Shown here in pieces: positions 19,175 through 31,033 of a DNA stretch of 64,000 nucleotides (positions within the stretch are counted from its first letter, which is position 1; each line of letters opens with the position of its first letter). This stretch comes from Candidatus Planktophila sp. (GTDB lineage Bacteria; Actinomycetota; Actinomycetes; Nanopelagicales; Nanopelagicaceae). The notes beneath the pieces are model-generated. The model was not told the DNA's origin, did no database searches, and saw only the letters and a list, made by a program, of their open reading frames with translations. A program made the translations under genes and the position numbers. The stretch spans positions 163,844 through 227,843 of the forward strand of contig CAXNNT010000002.1 of the NCBI GenBank assembly GCA_964203855.1, given 5' to 3'.

Positions 19175-20638
19175 TTATTTCAGCGCGTTCTCGATCGCCT
19201 TTGCAAGTCCTCCATCTACAAATGCATGAATCAAAGTTCCCGCTTCGACATATTCCTCGCTGAGAATCTCGCCCGTTTCATGAATTGCGCTGACTAAATC
19301 TCCGCGGTCATATGGAATTGTTGCTGTTACTTCGATATTTGGATGAGGTAAAGATTTTTCAATTGCTTGAACGAGCCCTTCAATGCCAAAACCAGTTCGA
19401 GCAGAAAATGCAAAACTATTCTTTTCTTTACGTAAAATCTCCATCACGACCTCTGGATCAGCCGCATCTACTTTATTAATCGCGATGATCTCGGGAATAT
19501 CTCCCCCGCCTATTTCAGTGATGACTTCGCGTACAGCGCGAATTTGTTCAAAAGGATCACTGTGTGAACCGTCAACAACATGCACGATTAGATCTGCGCC
19601 AGATACTTCTTCAAGGGTTGATTTGAAGGCATCAATTAATTGATGCGGAAGGTGGCGGACAAAACCCACGGTGTCGGAAAGTGTGTATATCCGACCTTCG
19701 GCAGTCTGCGTCTTTCGCACCGTTGGATCCAACGTTGCAAAGAGTGCGTTTTCAACTAATACACCGGCATCTGTTAACTTGTTTAAGAGAGATGACTTGC
19801 CTGCGTTGGTGTAACCCGCAATTGCAACTGATGGAATATTAAAGCGTTTGCGTTCTTGCCGTTTAGTATCGCGCGAAACTTTCATCTCGGCTATTTCGCG
19901 ACGTAGTTTGGCCATCTTGTCGCGGATTCTGCGACGATCGGTTTCGATCTTGGTCTCACCAGGGCCACGTCCACCAATTCCCGCACCACCTGCGGCACGT
20001 CCACCAACTTGGCGAGAAAGTGAATCTCCCCAACCGCGAAGTCTTGGAAGCAAATATGCAATCTGCGCTAATTCGACTTGCGCCTTACCTTCTTTACTTT
20101 TGGCATGTTGCGCAAAAATATCTAAAATCAAAGCGGTACGGTCTACAACTTTTACCTTTAATTTATCTTCTAGCTGGCGCAATTGCGATGGGGATAATTC
20201 GCCATCGCAAATAACAGTATCAGCTCCAGTTGACGCAACTATTTGACGTAGTTCCACAACCTTTCCCGAACCGATATAAGTTGCTGGATCTGGTTTATCA
20301 CGGCGCTGAATCACAGCGTCTAAAACTTCAGATCCAGCAGTCTCGGCTAACGCTTTAAGTTCTGCTAATGAATTTTCTGCCATTTCAGCAGAACCTTCAG
20401 TCCAAACACCAACTAAGACAACACGTTCTAGTTGTAACTGACGATATTCGGCCTCTGAAATATCTTGAAGCTCTGTTGAAAAACCTTTAACGCGACGTAG
20501 CGCATGGCGATCAGCCAAATCAGGCTGTGAGCTAACCTCGTAATCGGTCTCATCAGCGTCGAAATCTGCTGCTACTCGCGCACTTTCACGCAATAGTTCT
20601 TCAAATAAATCGTTATTACGAGGCTCGTCTGCGCTCAT
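19175..20638 (-). CDS. hflX: GTPase HflX
   Basis: DRTALILDIF, GPGET, GYTNAGKS, LFATLD, DTVGF and NKVD motifs. Confidence 0.97.
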   Translation of the reverse strand: MSADEPRNNDLFEELLRESARVAADFDADETDYEVSSQPDLADRHALRRVKGFSTELQDISEAEYRQLQLERVVLVGVWTEGSAEMAENSLAELKALAETAGSEVLDAVIQRRDKPDPATYIGSGKVVELRQIVASTGADTVICDGELSPSQLRQLEDKLKVKVVDRTALILDIFAQHAKSKEGKAQVELAQIAYLLPRLRGWGDSLSRQVGGRAAGGAGIGGRGPGETKIETDRRRIRDKMAKLRREIAEMKVSRDTKRQERKRFNIPSVAIAGYTNAGKSSLLNKLTDAGVLVENALFATLDPTVRKTQTAEGRIYTLSDTVGFVRHLPHQLIDAFKSTLEEVSGADLIVHVVDGSHSDPFEQIRAVREVITEIGGGDIPEIIAINKVDAADPEVVMEILRKEKNSFAFSARTGFGIEGLVQAIEKSLPHPNIEVTATIPYDRGDLVSAIHETGEILSEEYVEAGTLIHAFVDGGLAKAIENALK

Positions 20639-21447
20639 GCTTCCTGCAAGTATTGCGTTATGTCGTGATCGGATATCAACAAGGCCGGTCCAGTTAAAGT
20701 CGCATTCGAATGGGAATCAATATCAACAACTAAGCGACCGCCTGGTGGGTAAATTACCCAGCGCGAAGGCAGCGCCTCTTTTGAGTGAAGTGTTGCCGCA
20801 AGGGCAACTGCGCAAGTACCGGTTCCACAAGATTTGGTTTCGCCGCTGCCACGTTCGTGCACGCGCATCTTTGCTTCGCGTCCTGGCAAGATTTCAACGA
20901 ACTCAACATTTACGCCTTCGGGATAAGAATCTTTTGGACGCACTATCGGTGCAACTTCGAGTGAACCAACATCTTCAATTTTTTCTACAAAGACAACGGC
21001 GTGAGGATTGCCAACGTTGATGTTGTAACCATTCCAGATCTTTCCTTCGACAGAGGCGGTAATTTCTTCATTTTCATCAACGACTTTGCCCATATTTACC
21101 GAAATGTCATCTGTTAATGGGACTCGCAAATGCTTGATTCCATCCCGAGTATTGATTGCAAAGATTCCCTCGCTTTGATGGCCTTTCTGCACTAGATATC
21201 GCGCCATTACCCGAATCCCATTGCCACACATTTCGGCGATAGAACCATCAGCGTTGCGATAATCCATAAACCATTTCTCATCACGTTTGATTATTCGGAT
21301 AAGACCATCTGCCCCAATGCCCGTCTGACGATTACAGATCGCAGCCGTTTGCGCCGTAGTAATGGAAATTTCATCTGCCGGATCAAAGACCAAGACAAAA
21401 TCATTTTCAGTGCCATGTCCATAAGTGGCCATAAGGGATTGAGTCAT
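20635..21447 (-). CDS. dapF: Diaminopimelate epimerase
   Basis: GHGTENDF, EMCGNG, GNPH and ERGSGETKSCGTG motifs. Confidence 0.95.
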   Translation of the reverse strand: MTQSLMATYGHGTENDFVLVFDPADEISITTAQTAAICNRQTGIGADGLIRIIKRDEKWFMDYRNADGSIAEMCGNGIRVMARYLVQKGHQSEGIFAINTRDGIKHLRVPLTDDISVNMGKVVDENEEITASVEGKIWNGYNINVGNPHAVVFVEKIEDVGSLEVAPIVRPKDSYPEGVNVEFVEILPGREAKMRVHERGSGETKSCGTGTCAVALAATLHSKEALPSRWVIYPPGGRLVVDIDSHSNATLTGPALLISDHDITQYLQEA

Positions 21448-22353
21448 GAGGTTGCCGAGTTTATCTTCATCATGACTGTTTCCAAACGCGGCTGCGATGG
21501 TGAAATCCATTGAATACGGGCATCACGTGAGAACCAAGTCTCTTGACGCCGTACATATTGTCGAGTCGCACGCTTTGTATCCTCAATTGCGGCTTGCTCA
21601 GACATTTCTCCAGCACGCATTGCAATTATCTGGGCGTAACCCAGCGCGCGACGAGCCGTTGTCGCCTGATTAATTCCCAGTGAAATCAAAGAATCAACCT
21701 CATTTACAAATCCACGTTCCCACATTCGATCGATTCGTGATTCAACTCGCGCCCCAAGTTCGGCTCGGTCCATGACTAGTCCGAATTGCATCGCATCTGG
21801 ATATCTTGAACTATCCTCGCGTGGCAGATTTGCGGTAAAGGGTTTACCTGTAATTTCAATTACTTCGAGCGCTCTAATTACTCGACGTTCATTTTTCACA
21901 TCTATTGCAGCTGCGGCTGCTGGATCTAGCTGAGAAAGTCTTTCAAACAAATGAACAGATTCCGAAAAGTTTTGCTTCCTCGGTTAAGCGTTGCCTAACT
22001 TGGGCATCTGTATCTGGAAAATTCAAATCATCTAAAATCGACTTGATATAGAGGCCCGTTCCACCAACAATTATTGCGTGCTTTCCTGATCCATGTATTT
22101 CAGTAACTGCCTGGCGTGCCAACTCTTGGTACCACGCAACGGTTGCATCTTGGCTAACATCTAAAACATCAAGTAGGTGGTGCGCAATACCTTGGCGCTC
22201 GTCAACTGAAAGCTTTGCTGTCCCAATATCCATACCTCTGTAGATCTGCATCGAGTCAGCGTTGATGATCTCGGCGCCTATCTCTCTTGCCAGATCTACT
22301 GCTAAATCGCTCTTTCCGGTTGCGGTTGCTCCGCAAATTACAATCGTCTTCAT
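21444..22353 (-). CDS. miaA: tRNA dimethylallyltransferase (apparent frameshift near 21955)
   Basis: [27 protein letters not shown] and RRQETWF motifs across two ORFs. Confidence 0.93.
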
Positions 22354-23768
22354 TTAACGGTGGGGATCCCAAGTAACAAAGGTTGTGGAGTCGCCTGTGC
22401 CAGATTTGCCGCGAATGCATCTCCCCCACGCGTCTTTATATGTGCCGTCTCATTTCCTATCAAGTAATGAGCAGATGCATCAGTGATCGTTACATCAACA
22501 AAATCACCTGGACGTGCGGCGCTCGTTGCATCGAAGTGAACTAAACGGAAATCTTCGGTCTTGCCAGTAAGGCGTGACTGCGCGGCATCTCGTCTGCCTT
22601 CAACTTCGGAGACAAGTGCGCGATGGTTTGTGCCGATAGATTTTTGGTTAACGCCTAGAGAAATAGCTTGCTGATGTTCGTGCAGCCTTGTGTATCGCTC
22701 TCCAACTATTTCTGCAGGAACTTGATTTGGCATTACTCCGGCGGGAGTTCCGGGGCGGATCGAATATTTGTATGTATAAGCCGCCGAAAATTGCGCAGTT
22801 GTTGCTAAATCCATTGTTGCTTGGAAATCTTCTTCTGTTTCCCCAGGAAAACCGACGATGATGTCGGTGGTAATCATCGCCTCTGGCATTGCCGAACGAA
22901 CGCGATCCAAAATTCCTAAATATCTACTGCTTCGATATGAGCGACGCATCTCTTGCAAAATGCGATCTGATCCCGATTGCAACGGCATATGTAGGTGCGG
23001 CATCACATTTTTAGTCGATGCCATTACGTCGATTACATCGTCAGTGAAATCGCGCGGATGCGGGGACATAAAACGAACTCTTTCCAGACCTTCGATCTCA
23101 CCACATTCGCGTAACAAGTTGGCAAATGCTCCGCGATCGCCAAAGTCGACACCGTAGGCATTTACATTCTGTCCGAGCAAGGTAATTTCAATTACTCCTT
23201 GCGCAACCAGCGCCCGAATTTCTTTCAAGATATCTGCAGCAGGGCGATCCTTTTCAATTCCCCGCAGCGCTGGAACTATGCAGAAAGTACAGGTGTTGTT
23301 GCATCCGACAGATACCGAAACCCAAGAAGTGAACGGTGAAAGCCGGCGCGCAGGAAGAGTTGAAGGAAAGTGTTCTAGCGCTTCCAAAATCTCAATCTGC
23401 GCCTCTTCTTCAATCCGGGCACGTTCTAGCAGCACAGGTAGCGAGCCAACGTTGTGGGTGCCAAAGACCACATCCACATATGGAGCTTTCTTTAAAATTA
23501 TTGATTGATCTTTCTGCGCTAAACATCCGCCAACTGCGATCTGCATATTTGGGTTGGCTTTCTTAATTGGTGCCAAGAAACTTAGGTTTCCGTAGAGTTT
23601 ATTGTCGGCGTTTTCGCGAACCGCGCAGGTATTAAAGACGACGATATCTGCTTGCGCCCCAGGAGTTACGGGTAGATAACCAGCCTCATCAAGTAAGCCA
23701 GCGATACGTTCTGAATCATGCACATTCATCTGGCAGCCGTACGTCTCGACTGTATATGTGCGGGCCAT
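22350..23768 (-). CDS. miaB: tRNA methylthiotransferase MiaB
   Basis: [18 protein letters not shown] radical SAM motif, TRAM domain. Confidence 0.97.
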   Translation of the reverse strand: MARTYTVETYGCQMNVHDSERIAGLLDEAGYLPVTPGAQADIVVFNTCAVRENADNKLYGNLSFLAPIKKANPNMQIAVGGCLAQKDQSIILKKAPYVDVVFGTHNVGSLPVLLERARIEEEAQIEILEALEHFPSTLPARRLSPFTSWVSVSVGCNNTCTFCIVPALRGIEKDRPAADILKEIRALVAQGVIEITLLGQNVNAYGVDFGDRGAFANLLRECGEIEGLERVRFMSPHPRDFTDDVIDVMASTKNVMPHLHMPLQSGSDRILQEMRRSYRSSRYLGILDRVRSAMPEAMITTDIIVGFPGETEEDFQATMDLATTAQFSAAYTYKYSIRPGTPAGVMPNQVPAEIVGERYTRLHEHQQAISLGVNQKSIGTNHRALVSEVEGRRDAAQSRLTGKTEDFRLVHFDATSAARPGDFVDVTITDASAHYLIGNETAHIKTRGGDAFAANLAQATPQPLLLGIPTVK

Positions 23769-23788
23769 GCGCTAAGACTATCGGTGCT

Positions 23789-24529
23789 TTAGAGGGCCAG
23801 CACCTGCTGATGAAGCGTCGCGCGATCAACAACTAGTACATGATGATTTGGAAGATTTATCCAGCCCGCTTGGTCCCAACCGCTAGATGCTACGACCAAA
23901 TCCCCATCATTGAACTTGTAATACAGCTCGTAGTACCCATCTACTGCCCAATCTGGTTTCCGTGCTGGATCGTGTTCGCAGATTGTTATGAAATGCGAAT
24001 CAGTCATCAACATGGCGTTAATACTTGAAAAATCAAACTTCTCTTTAATCGCACGTACTGCGCTAAGTACGCCTTCGACCAAACCGTGTTTTTCTATTTG
24101 ACTGAGAACAAAATAGAAATATCTTTCGCTATCTGTATCGCCCTGGATTTCGGATTTAAACTTCTGCGAAATTGCAGAGTCCAGAGCAGTCGCTGGATAA
24201 ATCGCACCGTTATGAGTGAAGCTGTACCCATGGCCAATAAAGGGGTGGGTATTTTTCTCACTTACCGGGATTCCAGAAGTAGCCCAGCGCAGATGCAACA
24301 ACGCACCATCTGTCTTGGTCGTGGAAATAGTCTCCTGGAAAGTTTTGCTGTCTTGCGCAATTTCCGGTGCGCGCCTCAACTGCGACTCTTCAGAAGTGTG
24401 ATCGAAGGTGGCTACACCCCAGCCATCGCAATGTACAGAGGATAGGCTCACGAATTCTGGCAACTTTTCCCCGACTGCCTGCGCGAAAGATTCTGGTTTC
24501 AAAGACACGTAGCCCAAAAGTCGGCACAT
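23789..24529 (-). CDS. Class II glutamine amidotransferase / Ntn hydrolase (YafJ/EgtC/Dug3-like)
   Basis: MCRLLG with N-terminal Cys nucleophile, DGWG, HLRWAT, NTHPF, HNG and GDTDSE motifs. Confidence 0.88.
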   Translation of the reverse strand: MCRLLGYVSLKPESFAQAVGEKLPEFVSLSSVHCDGWGVATFDHTSEESQLRRAPEIAQDSKTFQETISTTKTDGALLHLRWATSGIPVSEKNTHPFIGHGYSFTHNGAIYPATALDSAISQKFKSEIQGDTDSERYFYFVLSQIEKHGLVEGVLSAVRAIKEKFDFSSINAMLMTDSHFITICEHDPARKPDWAVDGYYELYYKFNDGDLVVASSGWDQAGWINLPNHHVLVVDRATLHQQVLAL

Positions 24530-24653
24530 TTTCTGACAAACCTCTTCCGTTAGGAGCACACTTGAAGTAGAAAGGCTACCTCGGTGGCCCTCATCGATCC
24601 AGCACCAACAACCGTGGATCAAGGTGTTCCATGGTTAAAGCGGCACAGGAGGA

Positions 24654-26220
24654 ATGCAATTGGTTAATTCACATGATGCAGACGCGGCGCTACTCGCCGA
24701 ACTAGGTTACAAGCAAGAGTTTGATAGAAAGTGGAGTGGATTCCACAACTTCGCTATTTCATTCTCGATCATTTCGATTCTCTCAGGATGTTTCACAACA
24801 TTTGGACAGGCATGGGCGAATGGCGGGCCGGTCGCAATTTCAATCGGTTGGCCGGTTGTTGCTTCACTCATCATGATCATCGCTTTGTGTATGGCTGAAC
24901 TCGTTTCAGCGATGCCAACAGCTGGTGGTATTTACTATTGGGCATTTAACTTGGGCAAACCTATCCACGGTTGGATGACTGGTTGGCTTAACTTAATTGG
25001 TCTAGTTGCTGTAACTGCAGCCGTTGACTATGGGTTTGCGCTGTTCTTTGTAACACGCAATGAACATGTACTCAAGCGGATTTAATCCGAATGATCTCAG
25101 CAATTTGTATCCAACTGATTTAAACCAGATTTTCACAGTCTTTGTAATCACAATTATTTTGCACGTATTGATCAACATTTACGGTGCAAAGGTGATTCAC
25201 AAACTACAGACAATTAATGTTTACTGGCATGTGGGTGGAGTAGCCGCAATCATTTTGATTCTGGTATTCATTCCTACTGAACACCAGACAGTTTCTTGGA
25301 TGTTTACAGAGAGAATCAACCTCAACGGCATGAACGGCGGAACAACTGAAGGACTGGGTTACTGGTTCTACGTTCTGCCACTCGGCTTCTTGCTAACTCA
25401 GTACACCATCACAGGATTCGATGCTTCCGCGCACGTTTCCGAAGAAACAGGTCAAGCAGGAAAAGCTGCTGCCCAAGGACTTTGGAAGGCTGTAGCTTAT
25501 TCAGCAGTCGCTGGTTGGATCCTTCTTCTATCATTCCTTTATGCCGCAACAAATGTAGATATGATGAATGAATGGTTTGGATTCTCTCCAGTCATTTTCC
25601 TAACCTCGCTACCTATCTTCTGGGCAAAACTAATCATGGTCCTCACTTTGGTTGGGCAATTCTTCTGCGGTATGTCTTGTGTAACAGCAGCATCTCGTAT
25701 GTGTTTCGCCTTCTCACGTGATGAGGCAGTTCCAGGACATAAGTTCTGGCGCAAAGCTGGATAAGAATCACAATCCAAGTAACGCCGCCTTAGTTCGTTG
25801 GCGTATTTGCAACCGTGTTGACTCTGCCAGCTTCCTGCACTTAAGGCTCCAGAAGATCGTGTTGCACCACTTGCTTTCTACGCTGTGACTTCCGTTGCAG
25901 TTATTGGACTCTTCGCCGGTTTCGCAATTCCAATCTGGTTGCGATTTAAGGCAGGAGATTCATTTAAAGTCGGTCAGTGGAATCTTGGTAAGCACTACAA
26001 GTGGATGGCACCAGTTGCCGTACTTGAAATTATTCTTGTTTCGATCTACTTCGTGCTTCCAGTAGTTCCAACTGCTAACTGGTTCTCACCAGACTTTGAC
26101 CTAAGAGACGCAAACTATGCACCAATTGCGCTCTTGATTGTCATCGGTGGCGCTTATATTTGGTGGCTAGCGGGTGCTAAGAAGACCTTCCGCGGGGCTC
26201 ATAAAACAATCAATGATTAA
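24654..26220 (+). CDS. APC family amino acid/amine permease (several apparent frameshifts near 25057, 25760 and 25795-25840)
   Basis: LGYKQE, NFAISFSIIS, PTAGGIY, GFDASAHVSEET and FAFSRD motifs; AGGAGG RBS. Confidence 0.88.
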
Positions 26221-26235
26221 TAGTAATAAATAGGT

Positions 26236-26280
26236 AAACTGCCCTGTTGCGCTAATCGCGCGACAGGGCAGTTTTCTTCT
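26236..26280 (+). terminator. Intrinsic terminator-like hairpin after the permease
   Basis: aaactgccctgttgcgc-taatc-gcgcgacagggcagttt followed by a T-rich tract. Confidence 0.75.
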
Positions 26281-26300
26281 TACTGAAAAGAGATGACGCA

Positions 26301-27074
26301 ATGTCTAATAAAGGACGAGTCCAAGATCTAGTAGCGATAGTTACGGGCGCAGGCTCCGGTATTGGGCAGGCAAGTGCCATCCGCTTGGCCGAAGAAGGAG
26401 CAATTGTTATTTGCGCAGACATCAATGGCGAGTCGGTAAATACCACCGTAAAACAAATCATTGATTCAGGGCTCAAAGCTGAAGGTCGGTCCATCGATAT
26501 TTCAGATAGCCAAGCTTGCACGGAACTTGTTGATTCCACTGCTGCAAAATTTGGATCAGTAGATATTTTGGTTAATAACGCTGGCGTCAATTTGCCCGGC
26601 GTTTTTCATGAAGTCACAAACGAGACAATAGATCGCACCTTAAATGTAAATGTAAAAGGGGCGATGTTTCTAACAAGAGCAGCTCTGCCACACATGCTAA
26701 AGAATCAACGTGGTTCAATCGTTAATATGTCCAGTGTTAATGGCCTGGTCTCTGAGCCTTACCTAAGTGTTTATTCCGCTTCCAAAGGTGCAATTGTTAT
26801 GTTCACGCGCGGCATCGCTTTGGACTATGCGAAAACTGGAATTCGCTGCAACGCGATCTGTCCAGGATGGGTTGATACGCCAATTAACCATGCCCATGCC
26901 AAAATGCTCGGCGGCCTGGACCATGTTTATAAAACAATCGATTCTTTCCAGCCAATTGGCCGCCCCGGTACTAGCCGCGAGATAGCCAATGTCGTCCTAT
27001 TTTTAGCCTCAGACGAGAGTTCGTTTATGACCGGCTCGATAGTTTCGGCAGATGGTGGCATGACAGCGCAGTAA
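26301..27074 (+). CDS. Short-chain dehydrogenase/reductase
   Basis: TGAGSGIG, NNAG and YSASK motifs. Confidence 0.92.
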   Translation: MSNKGRVQDLVAIVTGAGSGIGQASAIRLAEEGAIVICADINGESVNTTVKQIIDSGLKAEGRSIDISDSQACTELVDSTAAKFGSVDILVNNAGVNLPGVFHEVTNETIDRTLNVNVKGAMFLTRAALPHMLKNQRGSIVNMSSVNGLVSEPYLSVYSASKGAIVMFTRGIALDYAKTGIRCNAICPGWVDTPINHAHAKMLGGLDHVYKTIDSFQPIGRPGTSREIANVVLFLASDESSFMTGSIVSADGGMTAQ

Positions 27075-27090
27075 CTGGAATAGTACCCAC

Positions 27091-28449
27091 ATGAGCGCGC
27101 TTACCTTAGAAAAATTAAAAGCCCTTGTCGCAGATGGAACCATCGATACCGTAGTTGTAGCAATGACGGATATGCAAGGTCGGTTAACTGGCAAGAGAAT
27201 TCACGGTCAGTACTTCCTTGATGAGGTTGTGAAGCACGGCACTGAAGGTTGCAACTATTTACTTGCCGTAGACGTAGATATGAATACCGTCGCAGGTTAC
27301 GAAATGTCATCGTGGGAACGTGGTTACAGTGATTTCGCACTTATTCCAGACCTAAACACGCTTCGTCTAATTACGTGGCAGCCTGGTGCTGCACTCATTC
27401 TGGCTGATGTGGCTTGGCTTGATCACACAGATGTAGTCGCCTCTCCTCGTCAAATTTTGCGCAAACAGATTGCTGAACTTGAAAAAGCCGGCATGGTCCC
27501 GATGTGCGGAACAGAACTCGAATTTGTAGTCTTTAAGGATTCTTATGAAGAAGCCTGGAACAAGGGATATAAAGATTTAACTCCAGTAAATCAATACAAC
27601 GTTGATTACTCAATCCTCGGTGGTTCAAGAATTGAACCGTTGTTGCGTGACATTCGTATGGGGATGACGACTGCTGGGATGATCGTTGAATCCGTAAAAG
27701 GCGAATGTAACTTTGGACAGCATGAGATTGCCTTTAAATATTCAGATGCGCTCTCTAATTGCGATAACCATGTAATTTATAAAAATGGCGCGAAAGAGAT
27801 CGCTGACCAACAAGGCTATGCCCTTACATTTATGGCTAAGCCAAATGAAAAAGAAGGCAACTCATCCCACATCCATCTATCTTTCCGCGGTCTAAAGGGT
27901 GAGCTTGTGATGGTCGATGAAGCTGATAAAGAGCACGGCATGAGTGAACTTGGCCGTCAATTCATTGCTGGGCAGATCGCACATTTGCGTGAGCTTTCAA
28001 TTCTCTTTGCTCCAAATATCAATTCATATAAGCGGTACGTTCCGGGCTCATTTGCACCGACTGCTATTCGTTGGGGACGCGATAACCGTACTTGCGCACT
28101 TCGCCTAGTCGGACATGGCGCAGGATTGCGGTTAGAAAACCGCGTACCTGGTGGCGATGTGAACCCTTATCTAGCCGTTGCCGGAATCATCGCTGCCGGA
28201 CTTGATGGCATCAAAAATAAAATGAAGTTAGAACCAGCCTTTACTGGAAATGCCTACGATTCTGACTCATCTCGCGTTCCAGCATCAATGCCAGAAGCGC
28301 TCGAACTCTGGGAGAAGAGTGATTGGGTCAAGCAAACTTTCGGCGCAGAGGTGCAAGCGCATTACGCCAATATGGCGCGTGTTGAAATAGCGGCATATGG
28401 CAAGGCTGTTACCGATTGGGAATTATTTAGAAACTTCGAAAGGTTTTAA
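27091..28449 (+). CDS. glnA4: Glutamine synthetase-like gamma-glutamyl-amine ligase, GlnA4 type
   Basis: DTVVVAMTDMQGRL, CNYLLAVDVDMNTV..Y..SSW..GY.D resemble actinobacterial GlnA4; ELEF, SHIHLS and ENRVPG motifs. Confidence 0.85.
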   Translation: MSALTLEKLKALVADGTIDTVVVAMTDMQGRLTGKRIHGQYFLDEVVKHGTEGCNYLLAVDVDMNTVAGYEMSSWERGYSDFALIPDLNTLRLITWQPGAALILADVAWLDHTDVVASPRQILRKQIAELEKAGMVPMCGTELEFVVFKDSYEEAWNKGYKDLTPVNQYNVDYSILGGSRIEPLLRDIRMGMTTAGMIVESVKGECNFGQHEIAFKYSDALSNCDNHVIYKNGAKEIADQQGYALTFMAKPNEKEGNSSHIHLSFRGLKGELVMVDEADKEHGMSELGRQFIAGQIAHLRELSILFAPNINSYKRYVPGSFAPTAIRWGRDNRTCALRLVGHGAGLRLENRVPGGDVNPYLAVAGIIAAGLDGIKNKMKLEPAFTGNAYDSDSSRVPASMPEALELWEKSDWVKQTFGAEVQAHYANMARVEIAAYGKAVTDWELFRNFERF

Positions 28450-28452
28450 ATC

Positions 28453-29820
28453 GTGTCTACTACTTTTGATGTAATCAACCCTGCCACCGAAAAGCTAGTT
28501 ACTAGCCTGCAGGAAGCAGATGCGGCACAAACTGATGAGATTATTGCCAAAGCTGCGAAAGCCTTTTTAACTTGGAAAAAAGTCTCCCCCGGCGATCGCG
28601 CGAACTTATTGCGACGTTTCTCTGCAGTTGTTACTTCTCATCGCGAAGAGCTAGCGCAACTTGAGATTACAAATTCGGGCCACACCCGCGGTAATGCTCT
28701 TTGGGAAGCCGACAACGTTGCTAATGTTTTGAACTATTACGCAGGCGCCCCAGAACGGTTATTTGGAAAGCAGATCCCGGTCGCAGGTGGCGTAGATATA
28801 ACTTTCAAAGAGCCAATTGGCGTTGTCGGAATCATTGTTCCTTGGAACTTTCCGATGCCAATTGCCAGTTGGGGCTTTGCTGCAGCACTTGCTGCAGGAA
28901 ATACCGTTGTATTAAAGCCTGCAGAGCTAACGCCAATGACCGCTGTTCGGCTAGCCGAACTAGCACTCGTTGCGGGAATTCCTGAAGGTGTTCTAAATGT
29001 AATTGTTGGTAAAGGCAGCGTTGTTGGTGCTCGTTTTGTCACTAACCCAACCGTTCGCAAGATTTCATTTACTGGATCTACTTCAGTCGGTAAATCAATT
29101 ATGGCTGGATGTGCGGACCAAGTTAAGCGAGTAACTCTTGAACTAGGTGGCAAGAGCGCAAATGTTATCTTCGCTGATTCAGATGTTGATCGCGCTGCAG
29201 CTGCTGCGCCAGGTGCGGTCTTTGATAACTCAGGGCAAGATTGTTGTGCCCGCTCACGTATCTTGGTACAAAAGAGCGTCTTTGATCGCTTTATGGCAGG
29301 TTTCGAAAAAGGCGTAAAGGAATACCGCGTCGAAGATCCAAACTTAGATTCATCACAGATGGGACCACTCGTTTCTAAGAAGCAATTAGAAACTGTTCAA
29401 TCTTTCCTAAACGATAAAGATGATGCAGTTGCTTTCACAGGAACTGCGCCAACGGGTGCTGGTTACTGGATGCCACCTACGGTTTTGCTTCCAAAGAGCG
29501 TTAACGCACGAACCTGGCAAGAAGAGATATTTGGGCCCGTTGTTTCAGTGCTGCCATTTGAAGATGAAGCCGAAGCAATTGCCTTGGCTAACGCATCTGA
29601 TTACGGGCTATCTGGTTCAATCTGGACCAATGATTTAGGTCGCGCGATGCGAGTATCAAGGGCGATCGAAAGCGGAAATCTCTCAGTTAACTCGCACTCT
29701 TCAGTGCGCTTCTGGACTCCATTTGGAGGCTTCAAGCAATCAGGTCTAGGCAGAGCGTTAGGCCCCGATGCACTCGATGCTTACACCGAGACGAAGAACG
29801 TATTCTTCGCCACCGAATAA
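28453..29820 (+). CDS. Aldehyde dehydrogenase, AldC-like
   Basis: PWNFP, FTGS, LELGGKS, GQDCC and EEIFGP motifs. Confidence 0.92.
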   Translation: MSTTFDVINPATEKLVTSLQEADAAQTDEIIAKAAKAFLTWKKVSPGDRANLLRRFSAVVTSHREELAQLEITNSGHTRGNALWEADNVANVLNYYAGAPERLFGKQIPVAGGVDITFKEPIGVVGIIVPWNFPMPIASWGFAAALAAGNTVVLKPAELTPMTAVRLAELALVAGIPEGVLNVIVGKGSVVGARFVTNPTVRKISFTGSTSVGKSIMAGCADQVKRVTLELGGKSANVIFADSDVDRAAAAAPGAVFDNSGQDCCARSRILVQKSVFDRFMAGFEKGVKEYRVEDPNLDSSQMGPLVSKKQLETVQSFLNDKDDAVAFTGTAPTGAGYWMPPTVLLPKSVNARTWQEEIFGPVVSVLPFEDEAEAIALANASDYGLSGSIWTNDLGRAMRVSRAIESGNLSVNSHSSVRFWTPFGGFKQSGLGRALGPDALDAYTETKNVFFATE

Positions 29821-29821
29821 C

Positions 29822-31001
29822 TTAAGCGCTGCGAGTTTCTAGATTTAGCGCTGCAGTAAAAGCTTCAACCACTTCTGGCTTTGTCCAAGGACGTGGTGAT
29901 TGCGTGATGAAATAATCAGCCAGAGCGTTATCTGAAAGTAGTTCGATATCCCCCGCTGTTACACCGATACTTGAAAGAACCGGGAAATTTAAATCGGCAA
30001 GTATCTTGCGGACAGCGGCAACTGCGCGCGAACCGTTGCGGGTTCCATCTGGTGCAACGCCCATGGCATCGGCAACTCGTTCCATCTTTTCAGGAACAAC
30101 TTTGGCTTCGCGTGTAAGTGTTTCAACAAGAACTAACCCGATAGTTAAACCGTGTGGAACATGCTTTAGGCCGCCAATTGCTTGACCTAATGAATGCTCG
30201 GCGGTGCAATCAGAAATATTCATTGTTAGGCCAGCCATCATGCTGCCAGCCGACATTGCAGCTCGTGCAGCTTTGTCATCACCGTTCTTATATGCCGCAA
30301 CTAGCGCGCCGGACATCATGCGAACAGCCTCGTAACCGATGGCATCACCAATCGGCGTAGAACATTTAGCGATGATCCCAGCGATTGCTTGAGCAAGGGC
30401 ATCGATTCCGGTATTTGCAGTCATCGTTGGCGGCATGCTGTAAGTAAGAACTGGATCAACTAGCGCAACCTGTGCGCGCAGATTGGCATTGGCGATTCCC
30501 GCCTTAATTCCAGATACTGGATCTGAAATTACTGATCCACCGGAAACTTCAGAACCTGTTCCTGCAGAAGTTGGAATCGCAATTAAAGCAACAGTAGGTA
30601 CTGGATAATTTGGAGTCTGGGCTTGGAATTCACGGAATGTGCAATTTAGTTGAGCGCACAGTCTGGCTGCTTTTGCAGTATCGATAACCGATCCGCCGCC
30701 GAGTGCAACAACAACTTGGGATGCAGAAGCTTTCAGCGCCGCAGTTGCATCATCAACCATTTCAACTGTGGGTTCTCCTGCTGGCTTTTCAAAGATTGTT
30801 ACAGTTCAAATGTGAAATCGCAACTAATCTATCAATCAGAGCTTTTGCCGCAGGGTTAAATTTTTCGATTCCGGCATCGACCATCATGAAAACTTTGCTG
30901 GCACCTAATTCATCAATTACTACGGGCAGGGCTGTTGAGATACCTTCACCGAATTTAACTTTTACAGGCAAGTGATTATTAAAGGCTTCGATGGCGTGCA
31001 T
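29822..31001 (-). CDS. Iron-containing alcohol dehydrogenase (apparent frameshift near 30803)
   Basis: GGGSVIDTAK, PTSAGTGSE, DALAQ, HSLG and PHG motifs. Confidence 0.88.
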
Positions 31002-31033
31002 GAGGACTCCCGCTTAATTCAAGTAGTTGGTAA

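Noticed and set aside
27091-28449. Housekeeping glutamine synthetase GlnA1
   Set aside because: N-terminal signature and catabolic neighbours fit the GlnA4 gamma-glutamyl ligase class.
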